NCBI GenBank assembly: GCA_964188305.1
Contig: OZ076896.1
Length of the DNA: 64,000 nucleotides
From: Podarcis bocagei
Lineage: Eukaryota
Strand: one strand, 5' to 3'
A program made the position numbers and the translations under genes. Shown here piece by piece: positions 35,800 through 46,407 of this stretch. The notes beneath the pieces were generated by a model. That model saw only the letters and a list, made by a program, of their open reading frames with translations. It ran no database searches and had not been told where the DNA came from. The first letter of the stretch is position 1. Each line of letters opens with the position of its first letter.

Positions 35800-36780
35800 C
35801 CACAATCAGCCTTGGCACGGGCAGCCTGGATGAGAGAGCAGGCCTTGCGGGCTGCCGGGCTTCGGAAAACCCCTCTCCCGTGCTCTGACGGAGAGCCTAA
35901 CCTTTCACAGCCCCAGGCCTGGCTGCGCACTTACGCAGAACAGGCAAGGCCCCCTGATGCCAGGGGCATGCACTCCCGGGTCAGGGTGCGCAGGATTTCA
36001 GCCTGGGTGCCCTTTCGCCAAGAAGGGGGGATCCGGGAGGGCGGGGGCTGCCTGCGCGCCTGGCGACGCTGCTCCGGCCGCCGCCTGCGTCCCGCTCCCC
36101 AACTTGACCCCTGTGGCTCGCTGTCGTCGGGGGGCGGAGTGTCCTCCTCCCCCTCCCCCTCCTCCCTTCCCTCCGCCCGAGTCGCAGGCAGTGACGCTGT
36201 GCTTCTCCTTCCTTGTGTGTTGCAGGCACGGAGCGGCACGAGCTGACCTCGTGGAAGAGCTACGCGTCGATCTTCCGCTTCTTCGGCGACGCCATGGAGG
36301 CGAAGAGCAGCTCGGGCAAAGCGGCTCCGACGCGCCGCTCGCAGCGGATCCGCTACGAGGAGCTGTAACCGGGCGGGCGGGCGGGAGCCGGCGCCTGCCT
36401 GCCTTCCCGCCTGCGCGTCTGGGCGGCGGCGCTCGGCAGTCCCAGCCCCTCATTAGATTGTTTTCTTCCTAGAGCACAGGGTCGCCGTGTCTACATCTAA
36501 GTAGCGTTTTGCATTATTTCTAGATGAGTGCAACTGTCAAAGCAATATGGGTTCACTGGTTGTGCTTCCTGTGGGCTGCGGCGGGGATTTCGGGCTGCCC
36601 ATCAGTGCGCAGATTAAGGCTGACAGCAGCACCGCACCGCGCAGCCTGGTGCAGCTCTAATTGCCCTGACAGAGCCCGGCACCGAGCTGATGGCGGGCGG
36701 ACGCGGCGCCTCCCGGGTCCTAGCGCCCGGCTCTCCCTCGCCCCTCCCGCCGTCGGAGCTCACATTTAGTTCTCCTTGAT
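35800..36780. promoter_or_regulatory. CpG island / promoter, probably driving leftward (minus-strand) transcription
   Basis: Very high GC and CpG density, GC boxes; sits at the boundary with CpG-depleted DNA; contains an ATG plus splice donor on the minus strand. Confidence 0.85.
36248..36295 (-). other. Candidate first-exon coding part or uORF: MASPKKRKIDA*LFHE
   Basis: gcctccATGG context; PKKRKI basic NLS-like motif; TAG at codon 12; GAG|gtcagc donor in phase 0. Confidence 0.5.
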
Positions 36781-39700
36781 TTTAATGGTGGACTTCAACT
36801 CTCGCTAACCATGGTCCCGCCCACGCGTTAGGCTCTTTAATGCTTTCCCGCAAACGCTTTGGGCGGGTTTTTTTAAAATAATAATAATAAAATATTTCCG
36901 TGCTTTTTAAATTCAGGGGCCCTAATAAACTGTATTGACACAATGGTAGCGATCCTAAGCCTTTCACGTTTGTGAGACTTACGTGTCGCGTCAGTGTGTT
37001 TAGGATGCGCGTGTAACTCCAGCAATGGCTATTTTACTGAAACCATACATTTAATCAGTGGGTGCTTTGTTTGGTGTTTATTAATGAGGAAGACTTGAGC
37101 GACTTCAGCAAATCTGAGCATGGAAAGAGGATTTTATTTTACTTCCAAATGCGCCAAAACTACCGAGCGCTCTTTGCTTATGTGGTTCCTAGGGAGTTTG
37201 CTGAGTCATTAAAAAAACCCCTAAAAGGATGTTTTAGCGACAAATGTAATATAGAGCAAATAATACCAGTATTTAAAATGTTGCTTCTAATACTTGGTTG
37301 AAACGTTTATTTTTTATTCTAACAGAATCTCTATTTTGTGACAAATCAGATAGCGAAGAACTTTTTTTAAAGATCCTGGACGCTCCCAGGACGCCGCCTC
37401 TCCGCCCTGGGCCTCCCGGTGCGAGGCCGGGGCAGCAGAGTTTTCCATTCCTTGCTGAAACAGGGTCCGCCTTTGCCGGGAGGGGCGACTTCCCCCCTCC
37501 CTGCCGAAAGATCTTTTTTCTCACTCAATCTGTTGAACTCCTGAAGCCAGTTTCGATTTACCTTCACCGTCTGGTGACACTGTGAAATATTAATAGCAAA
37601 AAAGAAAGAAAGAAAAGAAGCATGTATTACTGACGTTGCTAATCACTTTTGTTATAAGCAAGAGGACGTCGTTTTTACATTCCTTAAATTCCTCATGGCT
37701 TTCAATGAGTCCTGACTCTTTATAATTCCACGCAGACCTAAAAGTCCATCTGTTGTCACCGGGTGTTTCCAGTTACCATGATACTCAGTAGGGTCTGCCT
37801 TTCACCCAACGCCGCAAATTCACGGGCTTCTAAGACCCAAACTCGTGGCCAGTGTGGATAAAAGGAGTGGGGTCCCTATGGGCCTCATCTCACACACCCC
37901 AAAGCTCTGCCCGACCCGGACTCCAGACCTGGGGCGCCCTCTCCACGTTCTCGGCCAGGCCACGAGGCTCAGCTAACTGCCGGGAGTTGCTGCCCTGCGC
38001 GCGGCTTGCGCAGAGGGATCCCCATCGGACGGCAACCCGGCCTCTTCCAGAGCAGCAGCGCCTGGCTGGTGCTCGAGTAGGCGCGCCGGGGCACCAAGGA
38101 GCGTTTGAACTTTTCCTGGCCTCCCCTCTCAGATGTTACCCGAGCGAAAGAGGGGGTCACATTTCATCTCATGCATGCATTCAGTGGCTGGGCGATTTCG
38201 TTAGATACCCACCACCAGCTCGTTTGAAAGGGAAGCTTTTGGGATTTCAGAACAGACGTGTTGGCGCACGTCTTTGAAAGCGCTGCTGTTAAGATTATCC
38301 CAAAGGGTGCAATTCGGGTTAAGGGGCCCTGTCGGTGCAAAGTGGAGAGAGAGAGAGAGAGAGAGAGAAGGGCTTTCCCTTCCATCGGAAACCTGCCAGC
38401 GCCATCTCTCTGGGGGCAGATTCAAAGCCAGAGTCAAGTGGCTCCAAGTGCAGAGGTGAAGGTGGCCTGTCTCGGCGCGTCCGCTTCCTCGCCTGACCTC
38501 TTCTGCTCTGTGAAGGGGTGACCTTTCAGACTGGCAAGTTGCACACCTACTCTTCTGTGCAGGGAGAATGAACGAGCCATAGTCGGGCAGGCTTGCGGCA
38601 GGAATAGTCTCCTGATCGCTTCCCTGGTGACCATCTCCCCCACCTGATGGTCCCGGTCTCCTGTTTCCCCGTTCTCTGGAACTACTCTCTCTCTCACACA
38701 CACACCCGCCTGGGCCCACCTTAACGTCAGCTTCAGGGTGGTAGACGGTCGACCTGGTCTTTTTTCTTATCCATTCTTTTTCTTTCCTTAGCTGTGATCT
38801 TGTGGGCTTTTCCTACAGCAACCCTTAGACCTTACCCTGTCTTTTGTGAAAGCCTCTAGGGCTCTGCAAAGTGCCAAATCTCACCAAATGAGTTTTTTTC
38901 CTCCTCTCCAAAGTGTCACGGTTGAGGTTTCTACTCCTTCCGGTGTGGTCCCACCAGCCCCTTGCTCTGTATCTCGTGCCGTTGCCTGGGTTGTGTTCTC
39001 GCTGCTTCTGGACCCAACTGTAAAGCACACAGGGAGCTGTTCAAAGGGTTGTCTCTTTCTGTTTACACTGAACCAATAAAAAAAATGGTTTCTCTTTTAA
39101 AATGCGGGTGTGACTTTCTTGTCTCTGGTCTTGTTAAGCAACTGTGCCAGGCGCAACAACTCAAAGGGATGTTCATTTGCTGCTGGCCGGACAAAACCCG
39201 TTTGCCAGGAGCAAGGGGAGCGCAGCAGCTTCCAGGAAGGATCTCTCTGACTCGGTTGCCCCTCAGCAGAGCGAGCCGCGAAAGAAAGATCTTCCTCCAC
39301 CTGGGCCGTTTAAGACTGGGAATAATTTGCGTGGCTTCTGAACGTGTTTACGAATATCCAAGGCCTTGCAAAAATGCGAGGCGGGGGAAATCGCGTTTAC
39401 TGTTAAAAGGGCTGGGGAGGAAAGGATGAATCGGACACCACAGTGCATGGGAATTCCTGCGAATGGGTATTGCGGAGGGTATGTTTAGGAACCATTTTAT
39501 CCAAACAAATTATATCCCCAGCTTTTGGCAAAAAAAAAAAATCGCCTGTGATGCAGCTCAGTCCCATTCACGCTTACCCAAAACGAGGCGCCAGTAAGTT
39601 CCGAGGGGCTGCACCCCCAGTACCAGCGTATATGAGTGCAAAAGCCAAAAAAGAAAAAGAAAACCTTCGAAAGTGTTGTGTGGCGTCCAGCAAAGGTTCC

Positions 39701-42626
39701 GGGGCTTGAGCTTTCCCAGTTTAGCGTTTATTTCATCCGAGCCATAAATTCTACCATGTATAAAAATCTCCACACCTTTCACGCGTCTGCTAAAGTCCCC
39801 AGCAGCAAATTATGAAGCATTTTTAGGGTCATACATGGGCTTCTCCCCAGTTCAAATCAAGGGGTCTTTCAAGGGATGCCTGCATGGGATGAGGCTCGTT
39901 CATTTTCCTCTTGGAGCCATCGCTGGTCTTTTCTAGGAAGGCGCTTAAGGCTTGTCAGCCCCAACTAAGGAAGAGTGGCTTTCCTTCCTTGCACAACTGT
40001 CCTCTTATTGCACCTTGCTGGCGTTAGAAAGTGGGAGAAGCTGGGAAAGGGGGCATCCTGGGTGCGGAAATCACTAGACCTTTTTACATGGATGGCACCA
40101 GAGGAAGGGCCAAGACCCTTCCCCAAAGGAATAGCCCTCCCGCCACCCAGCTAGCCTAGTTTCCTGAGGTTACAGAAGGAGAAGCTCCTTCTGAAGTGCG
40201 GACTCCTGGACCGGGACTTCTAGCAATGGGTCCAGTTCTAAGAAGGGTTACCTGGAGAACAATAGTACCTAGTTCACAGGAGACCTGTTGTATAGAATTT
40301 CGCTGTAAGCCATCCATCCCAGACATGTCAGGAAGTCAGTCTTACTCCCACTGAGTTGGATGAGGCTCTCTCGAAGGTAAGTGGAGATAGGATTGCAGCC
40401 TTCACGTGACCTGCACAGTTCTTATTTCTTTCTTTCGACCACCTGGGACCCTGCTCATTCCCAGCCAGCGCCACTATGCAGTCTGCCCTTTCTGGACACG
40501 CTGCTCTCTGGTGTGCATTTGAATCTTACCTACTAATGGGTCAAATCGATTAAAAAAACTCCAAATCGACCTACAGGATATTTGATAAAGGACAAACCGG
40601 GCAGGACCTCCAAGTGGGCGTTTGCTGCCCAAGCGCTGGGATGGGACTAACGGGGTGGGAGAGCTGTGTAGCTCCAGGATCTGATGGAAAAAAGGGGAGC
40701 CGGGAACCTTTTTGGTGGCTTCTGTGATTCTGGATGCCTGGTGCAATGGACTCCACTCTGTGTCTGCTGGGTTAAGCCTGATCAAAACTTAGCTCCCAAA
40801 CCGAACCTGACTACTTCTGGCGGGGGGACGGGGGACTTGCATGTCCTTTATATCTGCCAAGGTGGGCCTGAGCTAAAAGCTTCCCCATCCAAGTCAGTGC
40901 ACATTCTGACCCAGAAATGCGAGGAATCCTGTCCCTCCTTTCTGCTGCTGCTGCTACTGCTGCTGCTGACTAGAGATTTTCCCTCCACTGCAAAGGAGGT
41001 CTCTTAACTCCTTTCCATGAATATAATTCGTGGGCCCTGGAGAATGGACGGATCCCACTACACCCGAATGACCCTTGGCATCCCCTCCTCTCCCAGGCCT
41101 TCATTACTCTAGGAAAAGTAAGAGAGTCAGCTATAGACTGTAGCAGCATTAAACTGTGATCGTGCGTATGTGACTGGGGGTGTACCTCCCCGTCGAGGGA
41201 CAGTGGTGCAAAGTATCTGAAACACACACCCTTGAAGCATTGTAGCTTTTAGCTCGGCACCTGAGCTGTGTAGCAGTAGCAGTAGCAGTAGCAACGATCT
41301 CCTTTAAAACACACTTGGGAGGAATTAATGACCGAATGGTTGGTTTAATTGATTCCTCCTTGGATTGGTGGCTCCAAGTTTCACACCGCTGGTCTGTTCA
41401 CAAGCTGATGTCTTGAGGAGTTACCATAAATCTGGGCTAAGCCCGCTCGGCTGAAACAGAGCTCCGGCAGTCCGGGGAGGGGTGGAGGCTAAGACAGAGG
41501 ATTGTTCCTGGTAAAGAATGAGCCAGGGGCCAAGGCTGTCAGGATAGAATCGGGATCCTGAAAGTGGGTCCCTCTTTCACTTGGGACAGTGAAGTAGCTG
41601 GAGCCCAGGAAACACCAACACACACCCCGCTATAAGTTTTAGAACAAGTTTAGTGCCAAAGATCTGTAATGCCTTAAAGGAGAGAGAGTGAGAATCGATA
41701 CAACTGGACCAGTTCGTAGTTACGCCGAACTCTGGATGGAGCGAATGAAGAGGGGCAACGCGAAAGGAAGGTGGAACAAGCTCTTACTTTCCATTCTACT
41801 TTGACTAGGCAAAGCACCTGTAAGAATGTTCCAGTTTTGCACCAAAGCAGCTGAACGGACAGTTATGAACACATTCTGACTATGGGGCTCTAGTTTTGCC
41901 GGCTAAGAGGATCTGTTTACCATCAAAGGTTGCACCGGGTTTCAACTCCTGGTTGGGCGGGCCTGTATCCATATCTCCATATCTCTATATCTATCTGTAG
42001 TATATAATCCCAGGATTTATTTCTGCAGGACCCCCGTCTCCTTTTAACCAAACGTATTATTTGTTAACCGCCCAATAACACCGTGAAGTTTCTTCCTGAG
42101 AAAATTTTCCCATTTTACAGATGAAGAAATAAGGTCGACAGGCCCCTGGCTAGTATCTGTCCTTTTAAAGTAAAACTCTGTTTGGGTTCATGACAAAGAG
42201 AGTTTCTGTGCATGCCGCAAGGTCCTTTTATGCAGCTTAGTACCTTCATTCTAATACATAAGTTGACGTGGATTCCTAATCAACTAAAGTAGGACGTTTA
42301 AATATTTCTTTTCTCAGAGGAAGCGCACTTATTCTCCCCCCTCCCCCCCAGGAACCAATTCACAAGTACAATTGAAAGCTGTCATATAAGACGACGGCAG
42401 TCTGTGTGCCTGCGCTCGAATTTCTATTCCCGATGAAGTTAAAGTAACCTGTTAAAGGATGCGGAGTGTATTTCTGTGTGTATCTGATAGACAGATCACG
42501 CTAATTGTTGACTTAAGTCCCCCAAAGTGTGAAAAAAGAACTTCCCCAAACTTTGCAAACGCTGTCATTGCTCCTAATCCCCCACATTTTCCACTTTTCT
42601 TTCCAGTTTCGGATTGCGTGTGTTTG

Positions 42627-42832
42627 NNNNNNNNNNNNNNNNNNNNNNNNNNNNNNNNNNNNNNNNNNNNNNNNNNNNNNNNNNNNNNNNNNNNNNNNNN
42701 NNNNNNNNNNNNNNNNNNNNNNNNNNNNNNNNNNNNNNNNNNNNNNNNNNNNNNNNNNNNNNNNNNNNNNNNNNNNNNNNNNNNNNNNNNNNNNNNNNNN
42801 NNNNNNNNNNNNNNNNNNNNNNNNNNNNNNNN
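42627..42832. other. Assembly gap
   Basis: Run of N. Confidence 0.99.
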
Positions 42833-43749
42833 TCAATAGATGCAAAATCTTTCCAAGCTCTTTGTAACTGAATTCTGTTTGAAGGGGGAAACCAGAGATT
42901 AACACGTAGATCTGGGGAGAGCGAGGCGGGGGCAGAGACCCTCGAGCGTCACTTCAAAGTAGATTTCCAAAAAGAAGCGCCTATGCGTGTTGACAGTTGC
43001 CTGCTCCAAATACTGTAAGGGGCCAATCCTATACGTGTATGTTGAGCGTTCAGCGGGGCTTACTCCCAGTAAAGTGGGTCCCGGATTGCAGCCTAAATCA
43101 CATTCGCAGCAAGAAAGGGCCCGCAGACCCACTCGGATCCCCAAATAGGATTGTTCGTGTTGTTTGCGTCCCATATACAACTCATGGGTTTAAAGCTGGG
43201 ATCCCGCTTTCCTTCCATTTATCAGTGATGGGATGGGAGGGTATAAGCCATCTAATCTATCGATCTATCATATTTAAAATTAAATAAACGTAAAGACGAC
43301 CTTAATCACCCCCAGCCTCGCAACGGGATTTGTTCTGGTCCTTGAATGCACCCAAATCCGTGGGAGGCCCCATCATTTTGGAATGTGATCAACGTGCATG
43401 GTTGGAGCGAAGAATGGATTTAGGAGTGATCACAAGCCAGAAGGACAGGCGAGAGAAAAAACACCCACTTGACTCAGGAGGCTGCAGAACAGGCGGGAAA
43501 TTCCTGTGGGGTAAAATGTGGAAAGTGTGTGTCGCGGGGCTGGGGGTGGGAGTTGAGCTTGGAGCAGGAAATCCATCCTGGGGATCTGCTGGTCCCCCTT
43601 CATAGGGGGAACTGAATTCGGAGTCCTTCTTCTGCAAGTGACTTAAAACTAAAATGAGGCGAAGGGATGAGAAAGTAGGACATTTCCCATGATCTTTACT
43701 AAGCTTTGGCTGAGGACGATTAAGCCCGAACCTCGAGCAAGAGAGCAGG

Positions 43750-44400
43750 CTGGATATTTGGAGCCGACAGGAGTTGTGCCTGTCCCGCCGCCAAGGCAGC
43801 CTCTGGGCCCAGGAAGGAGCCGCGGTGGTTTGGCCGGAGTCGCCACGAGAGCTGGCCGCGCCCGGGATGAAAAGGCCGGTGATCGCCTTCTTCCCCTTCA
43901 GAGCATCAAATGAGAATAATCTGGGGGAAGAAGGAGAGAAAAGCCCTCGCCTCTTCACCTCCCCGGCGAATGCAGGCTCTCTCAGCTGGAGGAGTAACAT
44001 CTGACATTCCTCCTCACAAGAGGGAAACTTCAAAAGAAGAGCAGGGAACTGGAGAGGGAGAAGCCAACAGGCGAATATTCACGGCGCGAAAGGGGACGGC
44101 TCTGGAGAGCTCAGGGCCAGCCTGCCTCATGTTCCCTCTGCCTCTGGCCCGGCTTCCTGGGGGAAAGGGAGCAGGTCGCTCGCCCCGACGGCCGAGGTTT
44201 TGCTAGCCTCTCCATGAGAGGGTCCCCTGCCTCCCAGGCTCTCCCTGCAGCCCCGACATGCCTGGGTCTCTGTTGAAGTCAGGTGACGAGAACGACTTTC
44301 CCGGAGACCGGTCAGCAGCTCCCGGCTCGCCACTCCAGGCTGGACCCGCGAGGCTTGAAAGGAAAGGCCCTGCTTGGCTGGCGTGGGGGGGGGGAGAATT
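43750..44400. promoter_or_regulatory. CpG-rich island
   Basis: High GC/CpG by inspection; boundaries approximate. Confidence 0.6.
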
Positions 44401-45543
44401 TTCACTCTTCCTTCCGCATAATCCCTTCTGCCCCCTCCCAAAAAGCCCATCTCACGCCCATCGTCTAACTTTTGCTTTCGAATTCCCCCTGTGGGGGAAC
44501 AGTAGAGCAGAGCTTCGACCCACCCAGTGCAATGTCTACTGCCCCTTCGGATCACCTCGACTGAACAAAGAGTAAAATATGAGAGATGTTTCTTTGCTTC
44601 TGCGTTTAATGAATTCCCTGAACGGGTTCCCTAGACCCAGAAGGAGCGCACACCAGTCTTAATTTCGCCCCAGTTCCACCTGCGATTTACTCCTACTTAA
44701 GACAAGTTAAGAAGCATCTTGCGGGTAACATCGTATCTAATACCTTCACGTGCAAGTGTTTGGAGGCTGGGTGCGCGCGCGGACCTCCTCTTTCTCCTCG
44801 AACTTTTTTGTTCTTTAAAAAAGTTTGGGCTTGTCCCTCAGTTATTAACCAGTTGGTTAATTCACTTTCCTAAATATAGGTGCAGGGCTTTATCTTAAAA
44901 AGTTTGCTTTTGCATCCTAATTAATTCTTCTAACTAGGGGAAACTTGAGAGCCCGTTAATTAGTAACGTCGATTTAACTCCTGTGCGACTTTCCTGATCT
45001 TTGGCACAAATCAGAGTAGCTTTTCTGCTAACAGAGAGATAGACTAGAAAAGAGAGGATAAAGAAAGACGTAATAGCTGCTTCATGGATCGCTGACCATG
45101 TGTTCATTCGGGCATCTCTATCTGCACATCTTAAAGCCACTTTAAAGGAAATCTGGAACCCTGGAACCCTCGGTTTAGCCCTGCTGAATCTCTCATTTCA
45201 CCCTTGCTTTTCCTTAAAACTCAGTGTGTTAAAGAATCAGGATCAGGTCTCCATGTTAATCTGCTACTTGGAAGCAAGTTGGAAGATAACGACTCAGTCC
45301 TTCAGCTTCCAAAGTGGGTGGGAAGTTATGATACGGGTTGTTTTCTGAGCCTCCCAAGTCGGGCTGTTAAGATTTAGAAAATAGAGAAACCATGTCAGCC
45401 GCGGGAAGGTGTCCAAACTTTTACCAGGCTGGGGTGGGGGTGCGAATTGGGAACCCCTTGGTAGAGCAACTGAGGCTGTGACAGTCTCTCTGCCAGGGAA
45501 CCCGAAAAAGCGGAGCGGAGCTGGGTTTGCGCCATCCACTCTC

Positions 45544-45564
45544 CGTAGCACCATGGACAGCTCC
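45544..45564 (+). promoter_or_regulatory. RE1/NRSE (REST) site-like
   Basis: cgtAGCACCATGGACAGCTCC versus consensus TTCAGCACCA(C/T)GGACAGCNCC; the last 18 nt match. Confidence 0.6.
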
Positions 45565-46367
45565 TAGTTCTGAGCTGCCCTCGCCCCAAACAAGCCTCTC
45601 CTTGCCTCGTTCAGCCCAAGCCTGGAGCAGGCTGCGGAAGACCTCGCTCTCAGAGACGACGTTTTTGTATCCTGAATCCCGCCTGCTCCGCGCTTCCTCT
45701 CATCTCCCTTGAAGCGGGGAGAGTTAACCATGCATTTATGCCCCCTACTCAGGACTTTCCACCTCATGTGCTCTTCTGGTCCGATTCCACTGCCCTGGTC
45801 TGATCCCACTGCCCGCAGGCCCCCGATTTCGTTTTCATCCTCTGTCCTCTCCCTAAGCTCCTTCCGCCAAGATTCCCGCATTGCCCATCCTTGGTTTCCA
45901 GCTTTGCCCAGAACCAGACCTCCTCCTCCTCCTCCTCTCTCTCTCTCATTGCGGGGATGCGTGCATGCCATTTCCCCCTTCCCATGCGATCTTCATCTTT
46001 CCCTTGGCTATAGAGGCGATACTGGTGGGGGCGGGGATCTGAGGTCCTCCTGGTTGGTTGCAAAGCAGATCCGCTTCCCTTCTTTGATGCGCGCCTACTC
46101 GATGCAACCCCACTGACTGCCAGGCAGCTGGTTAATTGCAGCCTCGGGAGAGGCACCCTAGAGCCCGAGCCCTAAGAGCCTGGCAGCCCTCCCTTTCTCC
46201 CTCTCCACCCTCCCCGCTTTGCTAAAGGGTCGACCAGTCTGCGCGTCTCAACCCCGTAACTTTACCTCCCTTCAACTTCCCCCTTCCAGACCCGCCACCT
46301 GCTGTGATCGTCGGGACTTTAAGCCCTCTCTCAGTCTCCGCATCCTTTAATTCAAGTTATGCGCAAG

Positions 46368-46372
<5 letters not shown>

Positions 46373-46403
<31 letters not shown>
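46373..46403. repeat. (GA)n microsatellite
   Basis: Direct observation. Confidence 0.95.

Positions 46404-46407
<4 letters not shown>

Larger units (their letters stand above)
1..36295 (-). pseudogene. Putative multi-exon gene relic with in-frame stops (unidentified; possibly divergent DExH-helicase-like), 3' end beyond left edge
   Basis: CpG-island ATG at 36295 with donor after 36248. Series of AG/GT-bounded segments with long nearly open minus-strand frames (34605-34472, 34355-33372, 32202-31691, 17865-17102 cluster, 16367-16224, 6701-5475 cluster, 5399-5165, 5040-4842, 3410-3126, 1108-954). CpG-depleted gene-body-like sequence. Manual model only. Confidence 0.5.

Noticed and set aside
1-36295. 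Identification of the relic as SIX6OS1/C14orf39, TMEM260 or GREB1-like
   Set aside because: Considered because of the layout next to a developmental domain or fleeting peptide similarity, but none of the candidate exon translations match these proteins as I recall them; no symbol assigned.
1154-42905. ORFs containing long X runs or poly-Y/V/I/E/F/ER tracts
   Set aside because: Artefacts of assembly gaps and microsatellites.
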